Part shown: piece by piece, positions 37,127 to 51,306 of the stretch | Numbering within the stretch: the first letter of the stretch is position 1 | Layout: each line of letters opens with the position of its first letter | Assembly (NCBI GenBank): GCA_964252035.1 | Contig: OZ176202.1 | Direction: 5' to 3' (one strand) | DNA length: 64,000 bases | Source: Podarcis erhardii | Lineage: Eukaryota | Program-made: the position numbers and the translations under genes | The notes under the pieces: model-generated | What the model saw: only the letters and a program-made list of their open reading frames with translations | What the model was told of the DNA's origin: nothing | Database searches by the model: none

Positions 37127-40100
37127 CTTCATAAAAAAGATATTGTTAAATCATTAAAACCAAAGTTGATTTGATTTACCTTTAAAAATATTTTTTTCCC
37201 TTTTTCTTCTTGCTAATCTGTATTTTGTAAACAAAACCTTAAGGGTGTTACACCGCATCATGCAGAAGGATATAATTTCACTCCTGTGGTTGCCTCACAA
37301 TTTATGCAGCATATATCTCAGGCTATAAGCTGCTTTTTCTCATTTGGAAAAGTAGCTCTGCTTCTCTGTATCTGTTTATACTTTTTCTTTGAATGTGAAC
37401 AGTGACCTTTAATGCAAGTTATTGGAATTTACAAGTGATGAAAAGCCTGCCTGGTGTGAAAAATGAGATTTAAAAGCAACTGACAGCACATTTGTAACTA
37501 GTTGAAAATTAAATTCTGATGTGCATGTAGTTGTTAACGAGAAGGCAAAATAAAATTGGCTTAGTGAATTTCACATGCAAATTAGTATGTCATTGATACT
37601 ACTAGAAGTGATATCCATTCATGATGAGTGTAACACCTATACTAATGCAGCCATAATCACCATTTTTAAAAAATGCTCTGAAGAGAAAGTGGTAGAAAAA
37701 CAAATCCTTATGTAGTACACTATTTAGCAAACCCTTACTGTGGATGTCAAAGGACTGCTATTACTGGTGACATAATTTCTAGCATATAGCAAGACTTCCT
37801 AAAACTAGAATACTTGCTGCTGCTTGTATCATTCATTTCTCTCATATATATGAAATTAGGCCAATTGTCACAATTGAGCCCACTGAATGCAGAAACTGGG
37901 TGATTCAATTTTCAGTTTAGCTTTTAATTTGTGATATGTGAGTGTGTTACAAAATGGCTATTGCATACGTCTAAATATACTAGTAGGCCTCCTGTGCACT
38001 CAACAATTGATTTAAACAGGGAAGCATGGTAATGTACTACCCTTCAGACATTTTCTCCCTATTCCCTCCTCAGAGTACCAAAAATTTGTCAAGAGACTTT
38101 AACTGCTACTTATGATCTTAGGAAGTCGTAAAGGCAGCAAGTTTGCCTTCCTGAATCTTTTGTACACGTGCAGTTCTCATTTTAGGGGGTTAGACCAGAA
38201 GTGCTCTTCCAGAAGTTGAAGATCTTTCCATGTTTGAAAGGGCTTCTTCCGGCAGCAAAAAAAAGATCCTTGCACAAGAAAAATATTCATGAAGGTTTTG
38301 CAAATCTGTTGTACAACAAGATGCTTGCAAACATTTTTTTCTGTAAGTTCAATTTGGAATCCACTGCTTTCGTTTAAAGAAGTATTTGAGCTACATCATT
38401 CTACGGTGCGCAATCAAGATTGGGACAAAAGGACTTTAGCGGCATTTTTACCTGAGGCAGGACTTTACAGCCTTCTACAGCTCAGCTGTGGGATGCAGGA
38501 AGCAACTGCCAAGCAAAGAGTATGTTCAGAGGCTGTTTTCCTTTGCCCCTCTCCTGAAAGTAAGGATTTGGGGAGGGGACCTATCTTCCGCAAAAGCCCT
38601 GAGATTTGAATGCCAGGTGCCCCATTGTCTAAAAGGTATCCTGGAACCAAATCAGTTAACTTGCTTAACTCTGTCCTAAAGATTTTGAATCAAGCAGTTT
38701 AGGAATTCAGACCCAGAAATGCAGGGGTGAGGAAGCTGTGGCCCTACATATATTGTTAAGATTCCCAGCAGCCCAGCCAGTGATCAGGAATGATGGGAGT
38801 TGTAGTCCAACAAAATCAGTAGGGCCATAACGTCCTCACTACTGCAGTGCAGAGTAATGTTTTCCATTAGGCCCCCAACAGTGTTCAACTGCCTGTATGA
38901 TGTATTGGATGGTCTCTAATAAAACTCTGCAGTGCTGAAAGAAGCACATTTGTGGTTGCTTAATGACCAGTTTTGGTAGCAGAACCTTTGCAATGCATAT
39001 TAATAAAACACTTATTTTAACTATACTTCAAAATAACAAGCTGCAGTGAGTAGACTACAGCACTTTGCAATTTTTGTTAGGAGATATAATTCACTCAGCT
39101 CAGAGCCAATATATTTTGGAAGATTACATATGTAGGATGCTGCCACAAATACATACTCTGCAAGCTGTTTTAGACTTCCAGACATTTTACCATGTGGCAA
39201 ACATTCCCCAGCATTAATATTTTCTAATCAACTGAATATAAAGTTGTTATCATTCTGTAAAAGTTTCTTAAGGAAGGGCAGCTGTGATAACAGAGGTGGG
39301 GAGAGAAAGTAACTAAGGCTGTCTACTATTAAGACAAATATCATTTAATACCAGAGTAAGGAAAGACAACTGTTAACTGACCCTAGAACAAACATGTCCA
39401 TGGTGGATCAGGAAAGGCTTAAGGAGAAATGAGTATAGCTTCCTGGAATAGGAGAAGTGGGCAGAAGTGGAATGGAGATGGGGGAAAGGGGAAACTAATC
39501 TTAGGGGCAGCATTTATAATATTCCATTGCATCTATCTGATAAATCTTCAAAGTAATGCAGGCCTTATTCTGATCAAGTCAGAGGATGCTGCTCAACCTG
39601 TTACAATGGGTTACAGCTAAGGTCCAGAGAGGCCAATATTTTTGTGTCTAGCTGAGATCTTAATTTAGATAAAGCAGATGGAATACTGTAGTAAATGTCC
39701 ACATAATGGCAGTTAGCGGGAAATCCATGTTATAACTCAAGCTGTGAGTTACCACAGACCTAATGCACACACACTTCCCTCTTTAGCTACCAAGTCCATT
39801 TATTCCTTACTCTCATGGAGATTAAATTACGGGTGACATTCTGAATACAGACAAAGTCACTGTCCCTTTTCCCAGCACACAAGTGGGTGGAGTAAAGTCC
39901 CAACAAAACATCTTTGGGCTGCCATCAAATCCAGTCTCGTATAACAGATGAGAATTAGTAATTAGGGCTGAGCATTTTAGGTTGCAGAACAAGGCAATAT
40001 TCCAGAGGGCAAGGAACTCTGATTTAAGCTTATATCATTGGAGCCTACAGATCAGTTTCCTAATCGGTGTTGCCTGCAGAATCAAGCAAGAGTCACACTC

Positions 40101-41254
40101 CTGCCTTATAGATAGGGGGAGCAGCTACAAGCCTTTAAAGTGGTTTCCAAAGGATTCTGCCCAATAGGGTGCCAAAATGCCTAAAACCATCCATGAGATT
40201 GTACAAGACCTCCCAACCATCTTTTCCCCACACTCTTGGTATGGGCAGTCAGGCTATTCCCATTTGTCTGTGGTTTGCTTTTGGTAAAATAAAAATATGT
40301 ATTTCTTATTATTTGGAGATATGGAACCGTTTGAAGGCTAGTATTTCTTTTTTTGCAAGGCCACTTTTTTTGCAAGGCCACTGTAAAAGTTTCTCCATTT
40401 GGCATTAAGTTTCTTTGAATTCCAGCTATATTCTTCTTTAAAAAGCTGCATCCCTTTTCAAAGCAAAACAATTTGCATACTGAAATTAGGCCAACTGCCT
40501 ATCAAAAAAGGGAGGAAAGGGTGGATTTTTTAAATAGTTGTTGCGAATTCTGAAAACATGGTCAGTAAAAACTTTCCAGTCAGAGCATCTTCCCTATGGA
40601 TCAAATTCTAGAGTTAAGTAATCTACTAGTGATCATGGCTTGGATCCAAAGTTCACAGTTTGTGCTTGAGGAAGATGATTTTTGATAATTCACCCTACAG
40701 CCCCAGCACCACCTGAAAATATGCTGCGGGGGGCAGGGAACCCTCCAGAATAACATGAGGAACAGCACAGAAGGAGACAGAGGGACTCTCCAAAAATCGC
40801 CTTCACCCACACACATCCCAACCATTCATCTGGTAGAGAGTTTCTGCTGGATCTCATTCCCTTGCATAAATGGAAGGAGTCCTTCCATTCACAGAATAGA
40901 TATTCTGGATTCAACTTATTACTTCCACGGTATCTTGTGAAGATATATTTGCCTGCAGAGCATAAAAGAAAACAGCAGAAGGTTCTCTGCATGCAGTGTT
41001 CGATTGCACTTATTATTATCTGTGCTTTTGGTCCTGGAAATAAACATTAGAACGAGAGAATCAGCTAAATAGGCATTGCTGAGCCAATGGTAGTGAAAAG
41101 AGGACAGATGCCCGCCAAAGGCTCTTCTAGGAGCTGCTGCCTTGCCACAGGAATAGTGGGCAAGGTTGCCATTGGTGCCACTAAGTCCAAATCTCTGCAA
41201 TGGTGCAGAATGTTCCTCTTGCTATGTTTGCAGCTGTATTATTTGCAGGTCTGA

Positions 41255-41356
41255 AAGGGGCTGGCAGAGGAGAGAGCACCTCTGCTAAGTCAGTGCAAGC
41301 AGTGAGTTAGATAGACCATTGGTCTGACTGTGTATAAGGCAACCTCCTACATCCCT
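41255..41356 (+). mobile_element. Squam3-like SINE 3' part
   Basis: agtcagtgcaagc...agaccattggtctgactgtgtataaggcaacctccta. Confidence 0.5.
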
Positions 41357-44317
41357 AACTGGGAGTTCAATGGACAGATGTGGAATTTAACCAACATCCT
41401 CGACTGAAGCCAACTATCTGTTATAAAAAACAACAGAAGATGTTCTAAAGATGGACTAATTTAGATTGTTTGCCTTGCTAATTAAAGCTAAAGGTTGCAC
41501 TAATTCGGCCCAATTGTGATGATCTTTTGTTAAAGCTCAATGTGCTTTACAAGTTGAAATTACAGAGGAAGAAGACTCCGTGGCTGATCAGCAGTGGTCT
41601 CCAACTAAAGCCCAACATATTAACCAGTACACCACCCCTTTGCCTGCTCACTATATACAGTGACCATCTACTGATCCTAATAGCTCAGATATCGCTACAT
41701 ACTCCTGCTCTTTAGTGTGTGTGACACGCACATGGACGGACACACACACACCTGGATCAAAACAGATGCCTGTGTGTACTTCAAAATATACCACTATGCT
41801 ACTGCCCCTCACCGTCACTCCACTCCCTGTGTTCTCTGAAATACAGAAACTCATGGCTGACAGGAATACAGCTGCCACTATATCAAAAGCAATTCAGCCA
41901 GCGCTTGAGAGCATCTAGAATACACCAAAGACTGACCAAGCATGTAGAGCTATGCAGCTAGACAGCGCTATGCAGTCACAAGCTGTACAGTGAAAGATTG
42001 ATGAGATTAATTTTTGAACCTTCTCTGCCTTCGTGGTTGTTTTGTTGATTTCTCCCTTAAGCAGGGTGCTTCAGACTGTATCTACCTATAAGCTATGAAG
42101 AGTCCTCACTTTCCAGCGGTTTGTGCGAAATGACTCATTTCATGATGAAATAGTGCTTTTCACACTTGAACTATCTGATGGGGCTTGTTTTCCTATGCAC
42201 ATGGCAATGTTCATGTAATGAAAGATACTAGCTGCCTGCAGTAATTAATGAAGGCGCAGAGAAGAAATTCAGTGAAGCATTCAAACAGAAATACCATATA
42301 AAATTCAAATAAATGAGAAGAGTGTTTTCCTATTATTAAAAAGTAAATTAAATTAGGATACAGCAGCAGGGCTTATAAGGGGGTTAATGATGAGAAGACA
42401 TGTTATGCAAAAAGTTCTATTAGTTTCACACTTTGCTCTTTTTCAACAATATTCCTAATTACAAATATTGCATGCATTCTAATGGCAGCCATGAATACAA
42501 TATGAATTTTTTACATGCTCAGTGTGAAGTTTAGCAGGGCATGCTTGCCAGGTGTCCTATCAGACAAAATTCCTCACTTTACCACCCTCTGGAGAGAAGT
42601 TCTGAATACTATCCTATAGGTGCTTTCATAGTCAACAGCAATAATATACAATATAAATCTAAATTTTAAAAACCCTCAGATCTATCCATAACTTGATAGT
42701 GAAGTATCTGAATCCAGTGGCAGTATGTCCTATTACTAGACACTGAATAAAAACGATAAGAAAGTGCTATCTGCATCATGCTCATTCTGGCTGCCAACAT
42801 CTTAGGATCTCTGGTTGGCAAGTTGCTCAGACAGAGTGCTGAACAAGATGGACTACTGGTTAGAGCCATGAAAACAATGATTATGTTCCAAATACCAACT
42901 GCAGGCGGAGCAGCACCACATCAGCCAACAAACCCATCCTATGATAGTTTCCTGCTACATCAAGAGTAACCAATATGGTACCATCCAGATTTGTTCGGCT
43001 ACAACTCCAATCAGCCCTAGCCAAGGGGTGATGGGAGCTGTAGCTTACCACGTCCGGAGAACACCAGGTTGACTAACCCTGTGCTACAACATTCAGAGCC
43101 ATGCTACGCTACAACCCTGGGCAAAACCTCTGAAATCAGCAGCTTTAAATGCATTATGCAGCCTTCGCTAACGCACTGAGGATTCTCAAGAGCCCATTAA
43201 AAGCAGAGATTTGAATGCCAATACGGAGCTGGAAAATTGTAATGTGTAGGAAGCATCACCGAATGAGCCCCATTCCCAACTACTACAACTGGTCTTTGTA
43301 GTGAAGGGAAAATAATCCAGAAGCGAAGGGGGAAGGAGATAGGTGTGTACATGCAAAACCTAATATTGGTGCATATTTCTTCCAGACCCTAGGCTCAGTC
43401 ATGAATTACTCTCAGAAGCATTCCAGTGACTGCGGGATTTAACCAGAGTTTACCCTCCAAGATATGCTGGTCCTATTAAAATGGCAGGTTCATCATCTTC
43501 ATGCCAAAAGCTTCCTATCCAGCACAGGGTAGCCAAGGAGGAAGATTCTGAGTGCTATTATCAAGAGTGCTCCTGATGGTCATATGTAGCCAGAATTATA
43601 GCATCAAACACGCACAACACACAAACAAACCCCAACTTCAGTAATTTCTACAAATTTCTGTCTGAAACTCTTGAGCACCATGAAGTTGTACAGATGACTC
43701 AGAACTTGCACAGAACATAGGTCCTGTGGACTGCACACAAAGCCAGAATTGTGTAAAGACAAAGACACCCAGAAGTTCCCCCCCATGTCCACCCCTACCT
43801 TTTCGGAGTTGGTGCGACAAGCCTTGACCCCATGCAAGGGCTTACCAGGTTCTGGAGGCCTTCATGAGATTTCAGACAGCTCCACAAGATCTCACAATAC
43901 CTTCCCAGAGCCCTGTAAGCAGACCTGAGAGCTTAAAAGTTATTTTGCACCAGAATAAAATCTGCTGTGAAAAGAGCTTTTAAGTTCTCCACTTTGCACA
44001 CTTTTAATTTGTGGGATCGCAGCTGGCCAGCCACCAAGCACATAAAACTGTGATCACACAAGTTAAATCCGCACAAATTGTGAGTCAACTGCATTTAAAG
44101 AAAAAAAGGAAAGGAAAGATTGAGATTCTCAGGAGGTGAAGGAACCTAGTAACATTGTTTTTGCTCACCAGAACAAAGCAGAAGATTGTATGCCTGCCTA
44201 CAGCGTTCATGCAATATCTAGAACTAGATTGTTTGCAAGTGCAAGTGGGTGATACAATGTCTGCATGCAGGTTCACATGAATATAATCTGTATTTAAGAT
44301 TCTGTAACTATACTCAC

Positions 44318-44462
44318 CGGCCATATCAATGGGAAAAGGTCTACCTGCCCGCCAGCCAGTGTACCATCCAACAACCTTGCCCTTTTCCACAACTGGACGC
44401 TCATAGCGTCGTCCGCCTGCCAGACCCACAGGCCATACAGACACTTTGTGGGTTGTGCGCAT
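44318..44462 (-). CDS. B3GAT2: B3GAT2 exon 2, [48 protein letters not shown]+G
   Basis: cttacag acceptor, gtgagt donor; 145 nt. Confidence 0.97.
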
Positions 44463-45189
44463 CTGTAAGAAAGGAAGCATAAAATCACTTTCAAACTCGT
44501 TTCTTCACCAACTTGCATTGTGCTGTGATTGAGATGCTGAGAAAGTAGTTGGTGTCTCCAGGTCTGATCCAAGACACTTTGGCATCTGGGGCAAACCACA
44601 AAATGGTGCCCCCAACCATAGAAGAAAAAGGGGGGCAAAAATCTACATCAGGAACAAGAGGGGGAATACAGATCTACATCAGGAACATGGGTGGGGAGAA
44701 CATCAGATCAAACTCACCCAGTGGTTGAAGTGGGAATCAAACTCCATCGCAGAGGGGAAAGGGCCTCACTCTGAATCACACAGGGGGTTGCAAAGCCTGG
44801 GAGAGACCAGAGGGCAGCCCCCACCATTTCCTCCCTAGGGGTGGGAGGAGACCAGCAGTGACTCCTATTTGTCAAGAGGTCCCTGTAGAGGCAGAATTGT
44901 GGGGGCTACTGAGGAGGCAGCAGATTTGGCCTCCAAGGAGGGCACTGCAGCCATCACAGTGGTGACAGTGGGCAATGCATTCCTTGGAAGCTGGATCTGC
45001 AGACCCCATGGATTCTGCTGTCCAAGGCAGTCATCTTACTTTGCCACATGGGTGGGCTGGCCCTGGGTGTCTCTGTCCTTGATCTATGGCCAGATTAAGG
45101 CACTCTGAGGCCCTAATCTATGTCAAGTTTAAGATGCCTCGCAATGTTTAATAAAAGTGCATTAGCCTAACAGAAAGGGCAATAGTAAA

Positions 45190-45807
45190 GTTTTATATTC
45201 ACGCATACATTGGTACACAGGCAAGGATGCAACTAAAAATTACCAAAACCACTAAAACATATGATCCTCTTGCTATTTTCTTTAAATTGCTTTCAAGCCC
45301 ATCCATCAAAAGAATAAAGGATTCTCTTGGAGAACGGTTTTCATCAGCATCAGGTGCATCAGTATCACTGACTTTTTCTTTATTCACACACTTGCAGTCT
45401 ACACCAGGCAGGTATTATTTTGCTTGGAGTTCAATCTCATCAAAACTTTATTAGGTTTCTTTTAAGAAGTGGAGGAGCAATGTGTAAAGCTCTGCACATC
45501 TGTACTGAGGGCTATCTTTGAATCCTGTGGGGCCTTGCTAGTTTTGCGGAACTGATCTAATAAATGATTCCAAAAGCTTGAGCCTGAACACAAACACTAA
45601 ATCCTCCATTTCCCCCCGAAGAATGGCATCTTCTCTCCCCGTATCACCTTTTTCATTGTCACTAGTATGAACACAAGCAAGGGCATCAATAATTGAATCG
45701 TAACTCTCAGCTATGGCTAGCATGAAGAGATATTTCAGTACTGTGGAATCAGGACCCAAGAATGATCTGAGTACTGCCCAGTGTTTTATGCAGTCGGAGT
45801 TAGAAAC
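45190..45807 (-). pseudogene. Fossil hAT transposase fragment (ZMYM1-like class)
   Basis: One frame of about 200 codons with 4 stops: KHWAVLRSFLGPDSTVLKYL...ESYDSIIDAL...KGDTGREDAIL...MEDLVFVF...FDEIELQAK; resembles the hAT catalytic/insertion region (pattern recall). Confidence 0.7.
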
Positions 45808-45884
45808 TCAGATATGTAAGCTGGGTGCCAAATGGCACCTTAAATCTAGGTTATGGTCGCCGAAACAGAATCTCTATTCGCCAG

Positions 45885-45936
45885 GGGATTGATCCTTGGG
45901 ATCCCTTCCAACGCTACAATTCTATGATTCTATGAT
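45885..45936 (+). mobile_element. CR1 3' tail remnant
   Basis: cccttccaacgctacaattctatgattctatgat. Confidence 0.65.
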
Positions 45937-47654
45937 CTCAACTACTTTGCTTGTATGTAGCTTGCTCTTACAACAATTCACTTGTCCCAGTATGCAAGGA
46001 GGAGAAACACACACAGTGGAAATTGAAACAGTATAAACTATGGTCTAAGGCAGAGATTTTTAACCTGTGATTGCTAGCCTGGCACCTAGAAATCCCCACG
46101 TAGTTACAATTGGACCCATGTCAGTAGCAAAACAAGCCTAGCACCTAGCTAATTTCTAACACTGACTGGAAAATGTATACTGCAAAAAAAAAAAAATGGT
46201 TTCAAGGCATCAGCGGGACCCAGACCTGTTTAAGCTTTGGCAAGTTGGTGACCTCATGTGCCTACAGACCGACAGGTGGAGCACAGAGGTCTTAGGTCAA
46301 AGGCTATACACAGGATGGGGCTTTTAGGGCATAGAGTCAAAGCTTGCCCCCTTACGATTTCGGTCATTGAGAATCCTTCCTATACCACTATGCTTACTGC
46401 AATTATTTTAGAACAAGAGGCAAACTGCTTTTGATTTCATTCTTGCTGCCATGCTTGTGAAGGAGTCAAGAGCCTATGACCCGAAGGTTGCCCTGGCATG
46501 TTCCCACAGTGCTAAACTATGATTTAGCATTACATCTGAGCACAGCCACTGTAGCAGGAAGAAATGTTGGTGGCAACTTTTATATAGCTATAGATACCTA
46601 TACCAAAAGCCAACAGGGGTAAAATCTGCAACACTTTGCTTCCTACCTATATATCTAGTATGCTGTAGATACATTCTCAATTATATGTAGATGAATTTCA
46701 ACTGAAGCTTTCATCAAAACGTATTGAATGTGGGAAGGCAACAGTAACTTCTCATGTTTCCCCCCCTGCAACAATGGCTGTCACGAGACGGTTATCCCAT
46801 AAATGTTAATTTAGGTGTGTTAAAGATGAACAAATTTTGGCACTGGGTATGCCTTTCCCCTTTATGTTAGGTAATAAAAATAGAATTCCATTTGTGTTGA
46901 AATTTGAATTGTAGGCGCTGTACACTGTAGAACTATTGTTGCCATGAGGGGCATCATAAAAGATTACAGCATCCTTCACTCTACCTCTTGCACTCAATAA
47001 AATGCCAGAATTCAAGCATCCATGCAAACCTCTCTCATATATTATTTAGCTTTCCTCTTAAACTAATCTAGTGCAGTTGCCCTGATATAGCCTGAGAAAA
47101 CAAAGCCAAAAATTTAGAATACTGAGGTAGCTGAAGAACTACCCAAGAGCTGGCATGCCTTGCGAGTCCCGTCCCCCCAAGATCTCTTCAAACAGCAGGC
47201 TGTCCTGCCCCATTACAAACAGCTTCTGAAACTACACGCCCCTCCCCCCGCACACCAATCTTAAAGTGAGTGTGTCATGTGGCATGAAAGTCTGGCGTTT
47301 GACAGAAGCTAACCAAAAGCGCTCTTGAGCGCATGAAATATCTGCAGTTCTTTGGATCCTGGTCTATAACATACTAAATAGTTTAGATACATAGAAAAAT
47401 AATCGCATGTGAAACCAACACTGGGCATCATCTCTCCAAAATGCATACATTTCAATACTGCAAGGGGCAAAAGAAAATTGCCTGTGTCTATAATGCTACA
47501 TTCCCCTTTTCCTCTTCATTCTAAGGCAGACAACTCTATCCAGCTGTTTGGCATTACAGCCTTACCATGATTCAGATACACTGATGCATTTAAAGTCAGC
47601 ACATGGACTCATTCAGAGAAGAAGCAATATAGTATGATATCAACCATGCCTTAA

Positions 47655-47925
47655 TGCAGCTGTAAGGGACCTTTGGCCCTCCAGCATTTGTTGAATTACA
47701 AATCTCATCATCCCTGGCCTTTGGCCATGCCTGCTGCAGCTGATGCAAGTTGCAGTTCAGCAACATCTAGGCAAAGTTTGGGAGACCCAAACTTGGGTCT
47801 CCAGCTGTTTTTTTTTTTTTTTTTACTCCAACTCCCATCACCCCTAGCTAGCAAGACCAGTGGTCAGGGATGATGGAAAATGTAGTCCGAAAGCAGCTGG
47901 AGACCCAAGTTTGGGAACACTGCTC
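47655..47925. mobile_element. Two abutting short hAT-like MITEs
   Basis: Second element has a perfect 22-bp inverted repeat cccaaacttgggtctccagctg (47786-47807 / 47894-47915). Confidence 0.65.
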
Positions 47926-48304
47926 TAGGGGACTAAAGGTTTCCTGCACCTACATTAATGGGTCTTTATTTCTACTATTGTTATATTTAGAGCCTGCCCT
48001 TCACTAGAAGCAGGTTACAACCATAGAAAGCACAGCATTAAAACACAGTTTAAAACAAATGACAACCACAGCCAAAGCAGGTCCTAAAATATATACTGCA
48101 AGTATCAAAGGCCAGTGTCTAGAGGTACATTTTCTGCATGTTATAAAAGCAGTACAATGAACATGCCAGACACGGCTCTGTAGGGAAGGTGTGCCACAGA
48201 GAATGCCCACTCCTGGGTCACCACTCTGCAAACTTCTGATGGTGGTGGAACTACAAGAGGGGCCCCCTCTACTGAGCTGAACCCCCAATAGAATCTGTTC
48301 TGCC

Positions 48305-48430
48305 ACATCTCTACAGCAAAACTGTGGCCCTCCAGAGGATATTGGAGTCCAACTCTTACCAGGTCCAGCCAGCATGGTCAATGATAATAGCACTTGTAGT
48401 CCAACAATATCTGGAGGACCACAGTTCCCC
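48305..48430. mobile_element. Short palindromic hAT-like MITE
   Basis: aactgtggccctccaga ... tctggaggaccacagtt inverted arms. Confidence 0.65.
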
Positions 48431-48718
48431 ACCTCTGAAGTGTTGTGTGTATGCATGCGCACACAGGGTGACACACAACATCTCTATAAACCTTGAACCA
48501 AAAAGCTATCCATCCTTGGCAGCATGCCTTCGCTTAGCAGATCGGTGGACAATGCACCTTCACTGGTCCTTCTGCTGAATCCCTACCACATTCCAAATGG
48601 CAGTGTTAGAAGCAACGAAGGTGCATAACATTATATGTTGCCATTTTCTTTTCACCACATTGTCATTAAATAAAGACCGACATCATTAGACCTGAATTCA
48701 ATGCAGGCCTCCCTCTGC

Positions 48719-49090
48719 ACTGAGTTGTACAGCTTCATCTGCAATGCCATCTGAATCAGGAGAGGCTGTGCTCCTTAGGTGAAGTCATGGGATGGATGAG
48801 GACAAATAAACTGAGTGAATCCTCACAAGATTGAGATCCCGTGGATGAATGGTTCCCCATTGCAAGAATGGGTTGTGTACCAACTCTGGATGGGATGCAT
48901 ACCCTCAGAGTCAGCAAGCGCAAATTTTGGGGCAACTTTTTGATCCATTGCTGCCAGGAGTGGCCCAGATGACTTCATTGGCTCAGAGCAACTCTTACCA
49001 ACTTTGGTTGGAGAGCTAATTACAATAATTCTATGGCCATTCCTGCCAGGGACAGCCTTGCCACAGGCGTCCATATACCAATAATCACAC
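48719..49090 (+). mobile_element. L2 LINE reverse-transcriptase C-terminal fragment (decayed)
   Basis: Motifs TELYSF, VMGWMRTNKL, NPHKIEI, YQLWL, DSLATGVH across frameshifts. Confidence 0.7.
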
Positions 49091-49103
49091 AGTTGTCTTA
49101 GTC

Positions 49104-49521
49104 TTGTTACTGAGCAACAATGTGCAGAGCTCAGTGGGGTGGGTGGGGAGGCCAGTCAAGCAGAAGAGTCTCTGAGGTGTACTTGCCTGGAGGCAGAGTC
49201 AGCAACTGAAGTCAGGTCCAGTCCTAGGGTCAGGCAAACAGTAATCCGCATGGTCAGATGGTCCAGGGGTCAGGGAATCCAATGATCATGGGGTTAAGGG
49301 TCAAAATGAGCAGGAAGCAGCAAGGTAAAGCCAGAAACTACAAGCATTACCAGCATTTGACTGCTGCTGGAAGCTCTGCTTAAGAAGGCTGAAGCCAGCT
49401 GGTTCTCATTAGTGCCTTCTCCTCTGTGTACCTGAAAGCTGATCAGCTGCAGGTGGGCTCACTCCACCTTCTCCCTCTTCAGGCTGCTGTTCAGCAGGTG
49501 AAGCTGATTCCTGGCCCATGA
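49104..49521 (-). mobile_element. Possible solo LTR (Gypsy-like)
   Basis: Ends catgaca (TGTCATG on -); repeated gggtcagg/agtcag units; left boundary uncertain. Confidence 0.3.
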
Positions 49522-49667
49522 CAGCAGTTAACTAGTCTAATGTGCTCTGTGCAGGATGAGTCTCATACCTGGCTGCAGCTAGTGCAGACTGCAGCTGCTG
49601 GGGTGTTTGACAAGACACTCAGTTTTGCACATATTACACAAGCACTGAAATATTGGCCTATTGTTTA

Positions 49668-49790
49668 TTTGTTGTTTTTTTAACATTTAGATCCCACCTA
49701 TCCTCCAAGGTGCTCAGTGTGGCAGATGAGGTTCTCCCACTCCACAATTTATCCTCACAACAACCCTGCGAGGTAGCTACCGAGGCAAGT
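49668..49790 (-). mobile_element. L2-tail-related SINE fragment
   Basis: tttatcctcacaacaaccctgcgaggtag motif. Confidence 0.55.
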
Positions 49791-51178
49791 TCAGGGTTTT
49801 GTTGTAAACAACTCAGGTCCAGGATACCTAGTAAACTACTCTTCCCAAGCTTGTCTGGGTACATGTAAAATCTTCCACCCACGTGGCTCATTAGGATGAT
49901 GCCCTATTTACACACCACGAAACAGGGATGCTTTGGGAAGTCTGTTATTTCATGGTACATAAACATTAAGCCATGCAGGTAGAGGTCTTTAGATATAGCC
50001 AAACGGCCAGGCAAGCAACTGAGGAGGCAATGGTACCCACATGATCAAAGGTACACATGCAGGGGTCGAGATAAGAGGGGCAGAGTATCTTTCCCTCTCT
50101 GCCATGCAAGGTTTATGTAGTGCAAGCATGCATACAAATCCACCTGATATCTTTGCATGAGCATATGTTTTATAAAGCCTACTTTTTCCACATTGCCATT
50201 AGCTTCCCAATATTGTAGCAGTCCATACACAGTGACACACACAAATATAAACGACTTCAGAGGACACAAAAGTCTACAGGAAATCCTGATCCTTTGCAAA
50301 ACATTTCCCTCCAGATTTCACTAAAAAGCTCCGGAATAGTACTCGGTAATCTGCTGTGCTGTACACACTCCCATCTGCAGATTGCTTGCAAGGCCTTGTC
50401 ACTCCAGCCCTGTGGGAGCTGATATTATACACTCTGGCACTGATTCAGAAAAGCACAAGTGCAGCAGAAGGCTTCGTGCCTTCTGCTAGGCTGCTCCAGT
50501 TTCCAGCAGAGTTACTGGGCTGGAGAGCAGAAGGGCCTCTTGATCTTAATCAGCTATCCAGTGGGGAGCATTCAAGCAGGGGAAGGGGAAGCACTCAACC
50601 CCACACATTTTCTTTTCTGTGTTCCAATGTGATCAACGGATCAACAATGTCACAAAATAGCAGCAGAGAAAGGGCAAAGTCAGACACCCAGTGGTGGCCC
50701 AAGGGGCAGAGCTTGCCATCCACTGAAGCCCATGAACTCTTTTCAGGGATAACCTTCATAAAAATGTGTGCCAATCTACACCTGAGTTGCACAAGATCAC
50801 CAGAGGTTCTAATAGCCTGTTTTGAAAGAAGAAAGGGAAAGTCATTTGCTTTTGCTATCAAACTGCTTGGGAGTTTAATGAAACAACCTATTAATGATAT
50901 ACTACAAGTCATCAAATGATCCACCAGGCAAGCCAAATCTTCCTATGTCTGAAGCAAACAAAAATATGGACTGAATCCTGCCCCCATCCTCTCTTGCACC
51001 ACTGCTCCAAGCTCGGGGAGTTTCCTTTTGGTAGCGCGGGGCAGCTGTGCCCCACTGATGTAGATGGAGTCCAACTCCCATTAGTCCCACTTGGCTTGGC
51101 CAATGGTCTGGGACAATGGAGCATGGAGTGCAAAAACATCGGGAGGGCCACAGGTTCACCACCCCTGCCTGTGAAGAA

Positions 51179-51306
51179 GGGGCACAGCTCAGTTGTAGAG
51201 CATATTCTTGGTGCACAAGAGATCCTAAGCTCAAACTCAGGCATCTTCAGGTAGGGCTGGGAAGAGCCAATCCAAAACCAGAGATCCGCTGCTTCTCAGT
51301 GTAGAC
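51179..51306 (+). mobile_element. Squam3-like SINE interrupted by a hAT MITE
   Basis: ggggcacagctcagttgtagagc head ... caggtagggctggga ... cagtgtagac. Confidence 0.6.

Noticed and set aside
44641-44690. Short duplications (atctacatcaggaaca x2; similar ones near 28955-28980 and 40352-40383)
   Set aside because: Ordinary slippage duplications; no array, spacer structure or cas genes, so not CRISPR-like.
50356-51304. Cluster of 110-187 aa ORFs in B3GAT2 intron 1
   Set aside because: No recognisable domain or exon pattern; partly overlaps MITE and SINE sequence.
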